Origin: a candidate division WOR-3 bacterium
GTDB lineage: Bacteria; Hydrothermota; Tepidihabitantia; Tepidihabitantales; Tepidihabitantaceae
DNA length: 29,577 bases
Assembly: GCA_965648935.1 (NCBI GenBank)
Contig: CBFGIY010000024.1
Location: 1-29,577 of the forward strand
Direction: 5' to 3'
Part shown: positions 1 to 9,776 of the stretch, in pieces
Layout of the letters: each line of letters starts with the position of its first letter
How positions within the stretch are numbered: the first letter of the stretch is position 1
Translations under genes and position numbers: made by a program
The notes under the pieces: model-generated
What the model saw: only the letters and a program-made list of their open reading frames with translations
Database searches by the model: none
Told to the model about the DNA's origin: nothing

Positions 1-262
1 GCGCACCGCTTGCCGCCAGCAGCCGGGCATTCTCCACCGCTGATCGCGCCGCACGTTCGGCGTCGGCCGGCGCGGTAAAAGCAATTGCCGACCAGCCGCC
101 GTTCTGCAGCACCCTCAGCACATAACCGTCGGTGGAACTGGCCGACAACCCGACAAGCTCGCGGCCGCTGAACGTGACCTTGGTCTCGCGCATCCGTTCA
201 TAGCGCAGGTCGGCATAGTCGGCCCGCGCCAGCCCGAGAATCTTCAGTAACTGGTCAAACAC
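1..262 (-). CDS. TldD/PmbA family protein, N-terminal part (runs off left edge)
   Basis: Hand translation from GTG at 262: MFDQLLKILGLARADYADLRYERMRETKVTFSGRELVGLSASSTDGYVLRVLQNGGWSAIAF, resembling the TldD/PmbA N-terminus (YADLR...G..LRVL.NG.W). GGAGG RBS at 267-271. Not in the ORF track. Confidence 0.75.
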   Translation of the reverse strand, partial: MFDQLLKILGLARADYADLRYERMRETKVTFSGRELVGLSASSTDGYVLRVLQNGGWSAIAFTAPADAERAARSAVENARLLAASGA

Positions 263-295
263 GCAGCCTCCTGTTCTTCTGCCTGGACACGACAG

Positions 296-374
296 AAGCT
301 AGAACGCCGCGCGGCCAAGTCAAGCCCTCGCCTTAATCGTCGTGCTTGCCCTCGGACGCGCGTCCGGCTAGCAT
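296..374. promoter_or_regulatory. Divergent sigma70-type promoters for the TldD-like gene (-) and the CDF gene (+)
   Basis: Minus: TTGACT(323-318)-N16-TAGCTT(301-296). Plus: TTGCCC(346-351)-N17-TAGCAT(369-374), with the perfect palindrome CGGACGCGCGTCCG (353-366) in the spacer. Confidence 0.5.
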
Positions 375-383
375 TGCTGCACT

Positions 384-1289
384 GTGTCCGGCCACCATCA
401 CCACCACGGCGACCTCGCGCGCCAGGGCCGCAGCCTCGTGCTGTCAATCGCGCTCAACCTCGGCTTCGCCGCGGCCGAGCTGGTATTCGGCCTGCTCGCC
501 AACTCGCTGGCCCTGGTCGCCGACTCGCTCCACGACTTCTCCGACGCGGTCGCGCTCGGACTCTCCTGGTTCGGGCTCAAGCTTTCCCAGCGCTCGCCCA
601 ACCCGCGCCGCACCTTCGGCTACCGCAAGGTCCGCATCCTCACCGCCTTCATCAACGCGCTCGTGCTCTTCGGACTCACCCTGTTCATCTTCCGCGCCGC
701 GGTGCTGCGCATAGTCAACCCCGAACCGGTCCACAGCCCGACCCTCATCGTGATGGCTCTGGCCGGCCTCGTTGTCAACGGCGCGGCGGTGCTGCTGTTG
801 CGCCGCGACCGCTCAAGCCTCAACATCCGCGCCGCGATGTGGCATCTGCTGGAGGACTTCTTCGGCTGGGTCGCGGTGCTGGTCGGCGGCCTCATCATCC
901 GGCTCACCGGCTGGTACGTCATCGACCCGATTCTCTCTATCGCGGTCGGCCTGTTTGTCATCTGGGGCGCGTGGTCGGTGTTTCGCGAATCGGCCAGCAT
1001 TCTCATTGACTCGACGCCGCATGACCTCGACTTCGATGCCGTGCGCCAGTTCATCACCGATTTCGCGCCCGGCATCCGCGGCATTCACGACCTGCATATC
1101 TGGACCCTAGGCGAAGGCGAGCGCGCCCTGATGGCCCACCTCGTCGTCGCCGACGGAGCGGTCAGCTCGTTCCACCCGGTGCTGTCGAGACTGGAAAGCG
1201 CCCTGCACGAACGCTATGAGATAAACCACGTCACGCTCGAACTCGAGTGTGACGAGTGCAAGTCCTCGAACAACGTCTGCCTGGGCTGA
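384..1289 (+). CDS. Cation diffusion facilitator (CzcD/ZitB-like) Zn/Co/Cd exporter
   Basis: His-rich N-terminus, SLALVADSLHDFSD signature, TFGY, HLLED in TM5, HDLHIW and HVTLELE in the C-terminal domain. Confidence 0.93.
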   Translation: MSGHHHHHGDLARQGRSLVLSIALNLGFAAAELVFGLLANSLALVADSLHDFSDAVALGLSWFGLKLSQRSPNPRRTFGYRKVRILTAFINALVLFGLTLFIFRAAVLRIVNPEPVHSPTLIVMALAGLVVNGAAVLLLRRDRSSLNIRAAMWHLLEDFFGWVAVLVGGLIIRLTGWYVIDPILSIAVGLFVIWGAWSVFRESASILIDSTPHDLDFDAVRQFITDFAPGIRGIHDLHIWTLGEGERALMAHLVVADGAVSSFHPVLSRLESALHERYEINHVTLELECDECKSSNNVCLG

Positions 1290-1298
1290 CCGGTCCGG

Positions 1299-1931
1299 TC
1301 AGCTCCGGTTCGCCCGGCTCCGCCGCCCGACCAGCAAGACCAGCCCGGCCAGCGCGACGATGCCGGCTGCCAGAGCGCCGCTCCAGGCCGCGACCGTGCC
1401 GTAGCCTCCGGACTTGCCCGGATTCAGGAACGGGTAAGGATACCAGCCGGTCACCAGCCCGCGCGCCAGCGTGTACGCGAGATACGCCAGCGGATACACC
1501 AGCCACAGCGCGGCCCGCCTGATCGTGATTGCCCGGCCCGGCCGATCAACCAGCCAGTCAACCGCGAGCGCGACCGGGGCGAGCCGGTGCAGGATGAAGT
1601 CCACCCAGGGCACGAACGAAGCCTTCAGGTGCGCAAGCAGCAGCGCGTAGACCAGGCCGGTCACGAGCAGGTACAGCACCGCGGCCCCGCGCAGCAGCGC
1701 GCGCAGCGCTTCCCGGCCGTGCGGCCGGACCGCGCCCCACAGGAGCACCGCCGCCGCGAACAGGTTGCTCTGGATGGTGAAGTAGCTGAAGTAATTGCCC
1801 GCGGTCTGGCCGAACTGCGCGCTCACCCGCAGGTAGTCGTACACGACCGCCGCCAGCGCCAGCAGAGCCAGCAGAGCGCGCGCAACGCGCAGCAGGGCGC
1901 TCCCGGACCATCCTGCGGCGGTGTTGTCCAT
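1299..1931 (-). CDS. Pr6Pr family integral membrane protein
   Basis: YFSYFTIQSN, LH...P and WYPYPFL motifs, several TM helices. ATG 1931 chosen because TTGACC(1976-1971)-N16-TATGCT(1954-1949) lies just upstream. Confidence 0.8.
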   Translation of the reverse strand: MDNTAAGWSGSALLRVARALLALLALAAVVYDYLRVSAQFGQTAGNYFSYFTIQSNLFAAAVLLWGAVRPHGREALRALLRGAAVLYLLVTGLVYALLLAHLKASFVPWVDFILHRLAPVALAVDWLVDRPGRAITIRRAALWLVYPLAYLAYTLARGLVTGWYPYPFLNPGKSGGYGTVAAWSGALAAGIVALAGLVLLVGRRSRANRS

Positions 1932-2033
1932 ATCTACTCTGCCGAATAAGCATACCCCGCGCGCGCCCCGGGTCAACCGGCCGGGTCGAGCCGGACTGCA
2001 GCCTTCGGCCTTGCCCGCGCCGGTCGGTGGCGA

Positions 2034-4502
2034 CTAGACCTTCGCCCGGCGCAGGCGCACCGAGTTGGTCACGACATTGACTGAAGAAAGCGCCATCGCG
2101 GCCTCGGCCATCACGGGATGCAACACGCCCAGCATCGCCAGCGGTATCGCAACAAAGTTATAGAAAACCGCCCAGAACAGGTTCTGCCGGATCTTCTGAA
2201 ACGTTGCCCGCGACAGCCGTATCGCGCTCGCCACGCCCAGCGGGTTGCCGCTCACCAGCGTTACGTCACTCGCCTCGATCGCGACGTCGGTGCCCGTGCC
2301 GATGGCGATGCCGACATTGGCCGCCTTCAGCGCCGGCGCGTCGTTGATGCCGTCCCCGACCATCGCGACCGTGCCGAACTCACGCTGCAGCTCGGCAACG
2401 ACCTGCTGCTTGTCCGCGGGCAGCACCTCGGCCACGACCCGCTCGATGCCGACCTCGCGCCCGACCGCCTCGCCGGTCGGACGGTTGTCGCCGGTCAGCA
2501 TCACCGGGACGACGCCGAGTTCCTTCAGTTCGGCAATGGCCCGAGCCGAGTCCGGCTTGACCCGGTCGGCCACGCCGATGACGCCGACTGCCCTGCCGCC
2601 CCGCGCCACCAGCACGACCGTGCGCGCCCGCGCTGCCAGCTCGGCCCCGGCCGCATCGAGCGCGGCAGTGTCAACGCCGCTTGAGCGCAGGTAGGCGGCC
2701 GTGCCGGCGAGCACCGTCGCGCCGTTCACTGTCCCGCGCACCCCCTGGCCCGGCACGATCGCAACATCGCGTGCCGGCGCGAACCCTATGCCGGCGGCGC
2801 GTGCCGACTCGACAATTGCCCGCGCGACCGGGTGCTCCGAGCCCGACTCGACCGCGGCCGCGCTGACCAGCAGATCGTCCGGTTTCACGCCCGCGACCGG
2901 CACCACGTCGGTCACCTCGGGCCGGCCAAAGGTTATCGTCCCGGTCTTGTCCAGAACCACCGCCTGCACCGCGCGGAGCGTCTGTATCGCCTCGCCCGAA
3001 CGGAAGAGAATCCCGCGCTCCGCGCCCATCCCCGACCCGACCATCAGCGCGGTCGGCGTGGCCAGGCCCAGCGCGCACGGGCAGGCTATGACCAGCACCG
3101 CAATCGCGGCAAGGAAGGCGAGCGACAGCGGCGCGAGATTCGGGTCCACCCACGGCAGGAATCCCCCCGCCCACGCCAGCGCCGGCCGCAGGCTGTCGGC
3201 GAAAAACAACCACGCGAGAAAGGTCGCCACTGCCACGACCAGCACCGCCGGCACGAACCGGGCGGTGACGCGGTCGGCGAAAGCCTGTATCGGTATCTTC
3301 GAACCCTGGGCCTGCTCGACCATCCTGACCACCTGCGAAAGGAATGTGTCGCCCCCGACCCGCGTCACTTCGATACGCACCAGCCCGGTCTGGTTCACGG
3401 TCGCGCCGATTGCCTCATCCCCGGGCCCGCGCTCGACCGGGAGCGACTCGCCGGTCGCCATCGACTCGTCGATGCTCGTGCGGCCCTCGAGGATGCGGCC
3501 GTCGGTCGGTATCTTCTCGCCCGGCCGCACCACCATCACGTCGCCGACGCGCAGCTGACCGACCGGCACTTCCTTTTCCTCATCGCCCGACAACACCCGC
3601 GCTGTCCTTGCGCCCAATGCCACCAGCTTGCGGATAGCTTCCGAAGCCCGCCCCTTGGCCCGCGCCTCGATGTAGCGGCCGGTCAGGTGAAACGCCATTA
3701 TCATCGCCGCGATGCCGGAGAAGTTTGAGAGCGGCGCTCCGGCCAGCACCGCGATACCCGAGACCAGCGCGGCCAGCGTGCCCAGCGCGATGAGCACGTC
3801 CATCGACGCAGCCCGGGCGCGAATCGAGCCGGCCGCGGCGCGCAGCGTGCGCCAGCCCGGCCCCAGCACCGCGGCCGCGGCCAGTGCCGCCTCAACCCAG
3901 GCCATACCGTGCAGGTGAGTCCCGGTCATGTGCAGCGCCATCAGCGCCATCACCGGCACCGTGAACACCCACGCCCAGACCATCCGCCGCCGCGTCCCCT
4001 TCAGTTCCTCGGACAGTGGATCCCGGCCCTCTGCCTCCTGCGGCCGCACGTCGTACCCCGCGCCGACAATCGCGCGGTCCAGCGCCTCGCGCGGCGTCAC
4101 CTTCGGGTCGAACTCAACGATTGCCTTCTCAGCTGCGAAGTTCACGGTCGCGACCTTCACGCCCGGCAGCCGGCCGAGCGCCTTCTCGATGGTCAACACG
4201 CACGACGCGCACGACATCCCGCCGACCGCGATGGTCGCGGTCTCGGTTTGGCCGAGTTTCGGCTTCTCGAGCACCGGCTCGGGCAACTCCATCGCCGTTC
4301 TGTCAATTGTCATTTGAGCTTCGGGCTTGACGCTTCCTGTGAGAAACCTCGCCGGCTCCGCCCTGAATCGCTCCAGACACCGCGTGTTGCAGAAGTAGTA
4401 AGTCGTGCCGTTGTGGTCGTGCTTCCCCGCCTCTGACCCTTCACTGACCTTCATCTTGCACACCGGGTCGATGTGAATCACGGGGTTCGCTTCCATGAGC
4501 AC
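2034..4502 (-). CDS. copA: Cu(+)-translocating P1B-1 ATPase with N-terminal YHS and HMA domains
   Basis: DPVC...YYFC..RC (YHS), GMSCASC (HMA), [31 protein letters not shown] and MALSS. Start is GTG 4502 or ATG 4496. Confidence 0.93.
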   Translation of the reverse strand: MLMEANPVIHIDPVCKMKVSEGSEAGKHDHNGTTYYFCNTRCLERFRAEPARFLTGSVKPEAQMTIDRTAMELPEPVLEKPKLGQTETATIAVGGMSCASCVLTIEKALGRLPGVKVATVNFAAEKAIVEFDPKVTPREALDRAIVGAGYDVRPQEAEGRDPLSEELKGTRRRMVWAWVFTVPVMALMALHMTGTHLHGMAWVEAALAAAAVLGPGWRTLRAAAGSIRARAASMDVLIALGTLAALVSGIAVLAGAPLSNFSGIAAMIMAFHLTGRYIEARAKGRASEAIRKLVALGARTARVLSGDEEKEVPVGQLRVGDVMVVRPGEKIPTDGRILEGRTSIDESMATGESLPVERGPGDEAIGATVNQTGLVRIEVTRVGGDTFLSQVVRMVEQAQGSKIPIQAFADRVTARFVPAVLVVAVATFLAWLFFADSLRPALAWAGGFLPWVDPNLAPLSLAFLAAIAVLVIACPCALGLATPTALMVGSGMGAERGILFRSGEAIQTLRAVQAVVLDKTGTITFGRPEVTDVVPVAGVKPDDLLVSAAAVESGSEHPVARAIVESARAAGIGFAPARDVAIVPGQGVRGTVNGATVLAGTAAYLRSSGVDTAALDAAGAELAARARTVVLVARGGRAVGVIGVADRVKPDSARAIAELKELGVVPVMLTGDNRPTGEAVGREVGIERVVAEVLPADKQQVVAELQREFGTVAMVGDGINDAPALKAANVGIAIGTGTDVAIEASDVTLVSGNPLGVASAIRLSRATFQKIRQNLFWAVFYNFVAIPLAMLGVLHPVMAEAAMALSSVNVVTNSVRLRRAKV

Positions 4503-4656
4503 TTAGACTGCCGCCCCTTGCTTCGCGATGCCCGACTCCGCGGTGGTTCTGCGCCCGGCCGCACGCTCCTGCGCGCTCCGGTCCTGCCCCATCGACTCCG
4601 CCGGCAGGACACAGAGCGTGTCTCAGGCATCCGACGATTGCTCGCCGTGCCGGCCT

Positions 4657-4685
4657 GTTATACTGCTCATTATAATGGCAATCAA
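4657..4685 (-). promoter_or_regulatory. sigma70-type promoter for copA with a palindrome in the spacer
   Basis: TTGATT(4685-4680)-N17-TATAAC(4662-4657), with palindrome CATTATAATG at 4668-4677, in an AT-rich patch. Confidence 0.55.
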
Positions 4686-4844
4686 CCGTCCGGCCCGGTT
4701 GGCCGAGTCCGGCCCGGCAAGCTAAGTGGTTGTGTAACCTTGCGGTTGGCCTGTGTTTGCGGCTCCACGCAACCCTGCCCACCCAACGGCCCCCCAGACG
4801 GCCCGTACCGCAGTATCTGTGGGTGCGCTCGGACCGGGGCAGTC

Positions 4845-6269
4845 TCAGACGGGCGGGATGCCCGTGCCGTCCCGACCGAACAGGGCTTCAGACTCGGCGT
4901 GCGTGATGAGGCCCCTCTCGACCGCGAGTTCGGCGACCGGCACACGCCGCGCAAGCGATTCCTTGGCCAGTTCGGCGGCCGCGAGATAGCCGATGCGCGG
5001 CGCGAGCAGCGTGGCCAACGACGGGTTCTGTGCAAGGAAGACGCGGCAGCGCGCCTCGTCTGCCGTGATGCCGGCGATGCACCGCTCGGCGAACACCGGC
5101 AGGAACGAAGCGAGCATCCTGACCGACTTCAGGATGCTGTGCGCCATCAGGGGCGTGAAGACGTTGAGCTCGAGCTGGCCCGCCCCGACCGCGAGTGCGA
5201 CCGCGGCGTCGTTGCCCGCGACGGCGAAGCAGACCATGTTCAGGCACTCGGCCAGCGAGGGGTTGACTTTTCCCGGCATTATCGACGAGCCGGGCTGGAC
5301 CGCGGGCAGGCGAATCTCTGAAAGGCCGGCGACCGGGCCGGAACCAAGGAGTCGCAGGTCATTCGCGATGCGCCCAAGTTCCAGCGCCAGTTCGCGCAGG
5401 GCCCCAGAGAACGCGCCGAGCGCGGCCCGGCTCTGTAGGGCCTCGAAGGAATCGCGGCAAGGGCGCAGGTTTAGCCCGGTCATCCCGGCCAGCCGCGCGA
5501 CCACCGCCGCACGGAATCCCGCGGCCGCGTTCGTGCCGGTGCCGACCGCGGTGCCGCCGATGGCAAGCTCGCCCAGGTTGTCGCACCGCTGTCCGATGCG
5601 CTCGCGCGCCCGCTCGATTGCCGATGCCCACGCCCCGAACTCGTCACCGAGCGTTACCGGCAGGGCGTCCATCAGGTGCGTGCGGCCGGGCTTGCGCACG
5701 CCCTTGAGCTCCTCCGCCTTCGCGCGCAGCGTCACGCTCAAGTTGTCAAGCGAGTCGAGCAGCGCGCCGCTCGCGCCCATCACCGCGATGTGGGCCGCGG
5801 TCGGGTAAGTGTCGTTGGTCGACTGGCCCAGATTCACGTGGTCGTTGGGCGAGAGATGCGCGTAATCGCCGCGCTCGCGCCCGAGCAGCTCCAGCGCGCG
5901 GTTGGCGATGACCTCGTTGAGGTTCATGTTGGTCGACGTGCCGGCCCCGGCCTGGAACGCGTCGACGAGAAACTGGTCGTCGAGCCTGCCCGCGATGACC
6001 TCGTCGCAGGCGCGCGCCATTGCCCCGGCACGCTCTGCGTCCAGCGTTCCCAGCTCGCGGTTGGTGTCGGCCGCGGCCCGCTTGACCATCGCGTAGGCCC
6101 GAACCAGTTCGGGCGCCACGCGCTCGCCGCTCACCGGGAAGTTCTCGATGGCCCGCGCTGTCTGGACGCCCCAGTACGCGCCGGCCGGCACGGCGACCTC
6201 GCCCAGCGGGTCGCGCTCGACGCGGCTGTCGCGGCCGGCGTGTGTGTCGCGGAAGGAATCCGAAGCCAA
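4845..6269 (-). CDS. aspA: Aspartate ammonia-lyase (fumarase/aspartase superfamily)
   Basis: GSSIMPGKVNP signature, QSTND, GRTHLMDA. QAGAGTSTNMN is aspartase-like rather than FumC-like (QTGSGT). Start codon uncertain. Confidence 0.75.
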   Translation of the reverse strand: MASDSFRDTHAGRDSRVERDPLGEVAVPAGAYWGVQTARAIENFPVSGERVAPELVRAYAMVKRAAADTNRELGTLDAERAGAMARACDEVIAGRLDDQFLVDAFQAGAGTSTNMNLNEVIANRALELLGRERGDYAHLSPNDHVNLGQSTNDTYPTAAHIAVMGASGALLDSLDNLSVTLRAKAEELKGVRKPGRTHLMDALPVTLGDEFGAWASAIERARERIGQRCDNLGELAIGGTAVGTGTNAAAGFRAAVVARLAGMTGLNLRPCRDSFEALQSRAALGAFSGALRELALELGRIANDLRLLGSGPVAGLSEIRLPAVQPGSSIMPGKVNPSLAECLNMVCFAVAGNDAAVALAVGAGQLELNVFTPLMAHSILKSVRMLASFLPVFAERCIAGITADEARCRVFLAQNPSLATLLAPRIGYLAAAELAKESLARRVPVAELAVERGLITHAESEALFGRDGTGIPPV

Positions 6270-6281
6270 GGCGCCGCTGCG

Positions 6282-7088
6282 TCAGCGCTCGGGCGGGAGC
6301 GGCTCGGTCCGGCCCGGGTCGTACTCCACCAGCAGCATAGTCGTCTCGCTCGAAAGGTCGCGCATCGCGACGAACCGGCGCGGCTCGGCGATCTCGTAGG
6401 CGTAGCGCAGTTCTCGCTTGGGCGTGGTGACCACGACCTCGCGGCACATGATCTCGCCCAACCGGGTCGGCACGAGCTTGGTGCCCAGCACCGATACTTT
6501 CACCGGCATCGTGCGGAACTCCGATGGTACGAAGACAGTCATGCTGAACTGCGTGCCCGACACCGGCGGCACCGCGCGCGCGATGGTCTGCAGCATGTCG
6601 ATCAAGAAGACCGCGCGGGGCAGCTTGACCGACTCCTCGACCGTCCCGTCAACCGTGCGCTTGAAGACCCTTGCCCTGCCCGGCGCGTAGCTGGCCTCGA
6701 GTTCGATGTCGGATATGTCGGTCTCGACCGCGCGCCACGAACGCACCGGCTGCAGGCTGTCGCGCCGCGCGACCACGACCGACGAATCATAGAAGTAGCC
6801 GTCCGGCCCGAGCGACTCGACCAGCCCGGTCACGACCACCGTCGGCACCGGCGCGCCGGCGCCGACCGGGTCGCTCGTCTCCTCGTCAAATTCCAGGGTG
6901 ATGACGGTCCGGTAGAGCACGCTGTCGTTGCGGGTGACCTCGTAGACCGAGCGCTCACCGTCGCGCACGGCGGGCAGGCTGAGCTGCGGCAGGACCGGCA
7001 CCGGCGCGGTGCAGGACGAGCCGAGCAGCGCGGCGAACGCGACCGCGCCGAACAGGCGGCTCCGTGCGCACCGCCCTACTGCCGGCAT
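6282..7088 (-). CDS. Putative lipoprotein, beta-rich (possibly DUF3108-like)
   Basis: ATG 7088 after GGAGAGGG, hydrophobic signal ending LLGSSC, beta-strand-rich body. The track's extension to 7457 overlaps the pseudouridine synthase gene. Confidence 0.55.
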   Translation of the reverse strand: MPAVGRCARSRLFGAVAFAALLGSSCTAPVPVLPQLSLPAVRDGERSVYEVTRNDSVLYRTVITLEFDEETSDPVGAGAPVPTVVVTGLVESLGPDGYFYDSSVVVARRDSLQPVRSWRAVETDISDIELEASYAPGRARVFKRTVDGTVEESVKLPRAVFLIDMLQTIARAVPPVSGTQFSMTVFVPSEFRTMPVKVSVLGTKLVPTRLGEIMCREVVVTTPKRELRYAYEIAEPRRFVAMRDLSSETTMLLVEYDPGRTEPLPPER

Positions 7089-7138
7089 CTGCCCTCTCCG
7101 GTTGCCATGGTTCAATCGTAGCTCTGGCCCGAGGCGAG

Positions 7139-8131
7139 TCAAGCGTAGCGCCGGCCGGTGCGCTCGCGCTCGAGATACAGCAGCAGCCGCTCCATATCCG
7201 GCGGCAGAGCCGAGGTGAACTCGACGTACTCGCGCGTGCGCGGGTGGGCGAACCCGAGCCGCGCCGCGTGCAGCGCCTGCCGCTTGATGATGGTCATCAT
7301 CTCGCGGAAGCTCTCGGCGTGGTCGCGCTCGCGCAGGACCGACGGGTTGCGGCCGCCGTACTCGGGGTCGCCGACGATCGGGTGGCCGACGTGCTGCATG
7401 TGCACCCTGATCTGGTGCGTGCGCCCGGTCTTCAGGCGCAGCCGCAGGTAGGTGCACACCCCGTAGCGCCGGAACACCTCGTAGTTGGTGACGGCGGTGC
7501 GCGAAGCCACGCTCGTCACCGCCATCCGGGTCCGGTCGATGCAGTGGCGGCCGATGGGCGCGTCGATCGTCCCCTCGTCAAGCTCGAAGTCGCCCCACGC
7601 GAACGCCGCGTACTCGCGCACGACCGTGCGGTGCTCGATCTGGCTGCTCAGGCTGCGCAGGGCGATATCGTTCTTGGCGAACATCAGCAGCCCGGTTGTC
7701 TCCTTGTCCAGCCGGTGGACCACGCCCGGCCGGGTCAGCGAGTCCTTGCGCAGTGGCAGGCTCTTGCAGTGGTGGAGCAGGCCGTTGACCAGCGTGTGGT
7801 CGCGGTTGCCGCGCGCCGGATGCACGACCACGCCCGCCGGCTTGTCCAGCACGAGCACGTCGTCGTCCTCGTACACGATGGCCAGCTTCATCGGCTGGGG
7901 TTCGATCGTCATCTCCGGCTCCGGCTCGTACCGGGCGCTGATGTCGTCGCCCGGCTTCACCCGGTAGCTCGGCTTGCTCTTCTGCCCGTTGACCAGCACC
8001 TTGCCCGATTCGATGAGCCGGCCGGCCTGGGTGCGCGATATGCCAAGGCCGGAAAGCACGAGGTACACGTCGAGCCGCTTGCCCCACAGCCGCTCCGACG
8101 CGATACGGTTGAAAGTGCGAATGTCGCTCAT
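7139..8131 (-). CDS. rluD: RluA-family 23S rRNA pseudouridine synthase (RluD-like)
   Basis: S4 domain (RLDVYL...SRTQ), DKPAGVVVHP, catalytic HRLDKETTG, TGRTHQIRVH, RQALHA. Confidence 0.88.
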   Translation of the reverse strand: MSDIRTFNRIASERLWGKRLDVYLVLSGLGISRTQAGRLIESGKVLVNGQKSKPSYRVKPGDDISARYEPEPEMTIEPQPMKLAIVYEDDDVLVLDKPAGVVVHPARGNRDHTLVNGLLHHCKSLPLRKDSLTRPGVVHRLDKETTGLLMFAKNDIALRSLSSQIEHRTVVREYAAFAWGDFELDEGTIDAPIGRHCIDRTRMAVTSVASRTAVTNYEVFRRYGVCTYLRLRLKTGRTHQIRVHMQHVGHPIVGDPEYGGRNPSVLRERDHAESFREMMTIIKRQALHAARLGFAHPRTREYVEFTSALPPDMERLLLYLERERTGRRYA

Positions 8132-8141
8132 CGGGCCGCGG

Positions 8142-8864
8142 CTAGCGGTTCGCCGCCGCGGTCGCTTCGTGCTGCAAACGGATGAGCCGCGCGATGGCCG
8201 CGGCGCCGACCGCGTGCATCCGGCCGAACTGCTCCCAGGTGAACGGCATGTGCTCGGCGGTCGCCTGGACCTCGACCATCCGGCCGCTCTCGGTCATCAC
8301 CAGGTTCATATCGGTCTCGGCGCGCGAGTCCTCGTCATAGGCCAGGTCCAGAAGCACCTGCCCGTCGACGATGCCGACGCTGGTCGCGGCGACATGCTCG
8401 ACCAGCGGGTTGCGCCGCACCAGCCCGCGCTCGAGCAGATTCGCGACCGCCAGCTTGAGCGCGACGAATCCGCCGGTCAGCGCGAGCGTGCGCGTGCCGC
8501 CGTCGGCCTGGATCACGTCGCAGTCCACGATTATCTGCCGCTCGCCCAGCGCCTCGAGGTCGCAGACCGCGCGCAGGGCACGGCCGATCAGCCGCTTGAT
8601 TTCCTGGGTGCGCCCGCGCGGCCGGTCGGTCTCGCGGCTGGTGCGCTGGTGGGTCGAGCGCGGCAGCATCCCGTACTCGGCCGTGACCCAGCCGCGGCCG
8701 CTGCCCACGAGGAACGGGGGCACGCGCGCCTCGAACGAGGCGGCGCAGAGCACGCGCGTGTTGCCCGCGCTGGCCAGACACGACCCCTCGGCGTATTCGA
8801 GATAGCCGGGCAGGAGCGCAACCGGCCGCAGCTCGTCGGGATTCCGGCCGTCCCGCCGCGTCAC
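8142..8864 (-). CDS. rph: Ribonuclease PH
   Basis: RRDGR..DELRP, GWVTAEYGMLPRST, GRTQEIKRLIGRALR, DVIQADGGTRT, DLAYDED. Start overlaps the murI stop (GTGA). Confidence 0.96.
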   Translation of the reverse strand: MTRRDGRNPDELRPVALLPGYLEYAEGSCLASAGNTRVLCAASFEARVPPFLVGSGRGWVTAEYGMLPRSTHQRTSRETDRPRGRTQEIKRLIGRALRAVCDLEALGERQIIVDCDVIQADGGTRTLALTGGFVALKLAVANLLERGLVRRNPLVEHVAATSVGIVDGQVLLDLAYDEDSRAETDMNLVMTESGRMVEVQATAEHMPFTWEQFGRMHAVGAAAIARLIRLQHEATAAANR

Positions 8865-9697
8865 GCCCGCGCCTCCTCGGCCGCACCGAGCGTCGCCCGG
8901 ATCACATCACCGAGCGGTTCGCCCAGAAAGCGCGCGCCCACGGTCTCGAAGTTCGGGGTCAGGTCAGTCAGGTAACAGCGGTGCCGCGGCTCGCCGCCTG
9001 CGCGCAACAGCCCGGCCGAACGCAGGGCCGACTCGGCTGCGGCCGCAGTCTCCTCCGATGAATCGACAACACGCACGCCCGGGCCCAGCGCCGCGGCTAT
9101 CGCGCGGCCGAGCAGGGGAAAGTGCGTACACCCCAGCAGCAGCGCGTCCACGCCCTCGTCGGCCAGTCCGGCGAGGTAGCGCCGCGCAACAGCGTGCGCA
9201 ACCTCGTCATCGAGCCAGCCCTCCTCGGCCAGCGGCACGAAGAGCGGCGTCGCCTTGGCCACTATCTCAATGTCGCCGCCCAGCGCGCGCACCGCGCGCT
9301 CGTAGGCCGCGGACCGGACCGTCGCGCTCGTGCCGATGACCGCCACGCGCCTCGTCCGGGTCGCGTTGACCAGGGCGCGGGCGCCCGGCTGAATCACCCC
9401 GATCACCGGCACGGGCATCACGCGCACCAGCTCGCCCAGCGCGGCCGACGACGCCGAGTGGCAGGCCGCGACGATGAGCTTCACGCCCCGCGCGACGAGA
9501 AACGCGGCGTCCTCGAGCGCGAACCGCGTTATCGTCTCGGCCGATTTGGTGCCGTAGGGCGAGCGCGCGTTGTCCCCGAGGTAAACTATGCTCTCTTGCG
9601 GGAGCCTGCTTCGCATTGCCCGGACAACGGTCAATCCGCCTATCCCCGAATCGAAAACGCCGATCGGAGCGTCGCTCCCGACCGATGACTGGCTCAT
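8861..9697 (-). CDS. murI: Glutamate racemase
   Basis: IGVFDSGIGGLTV, PYGTKS, catalytic cysteines in ACHSAS and LGCTHF. ATG 9697 preferred to TTG 9760. Confidence 0.94.
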   Translation of the reverse strand: MSQSSVGSDAPIGVFDSGIGGLTVVRAMRSRLPQESIVYLGDNARSPYGTKSAETITRFALEDAAFLVARGVKLIVAACHSASSAALGELVRVMPVPVIGVIQPGARALVNATRTRRVAVIGTSATVRSAAYERAVRALGGDIEIVAKATPLFVPLAEEGWLDDEVAHAVARRYLAGLADEGVDALLLGCTHFPLLGRAIAAALGPGVRVVDSSEETAAAAESALRSAGLLRAGGEPRHRCYLTDLTPNFETVGARFLGEPLGDVIRATLGAAEEARA

Positions 9698-9776
9698 TGC
9701 TGCTTTGCGGTTAACGGCACTCGGAAACTCCCTGCCCGGAATCGCTTCATACGGGTCCAAGGCTCAAGACTTACAC

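Noticed and set aside
4845..6269. Calling this gene fumC
   Set aside because: It lacks the FumC QTGSGT motif and has the aspartase-like QAGAGTS, though substrate specificity is not proven.
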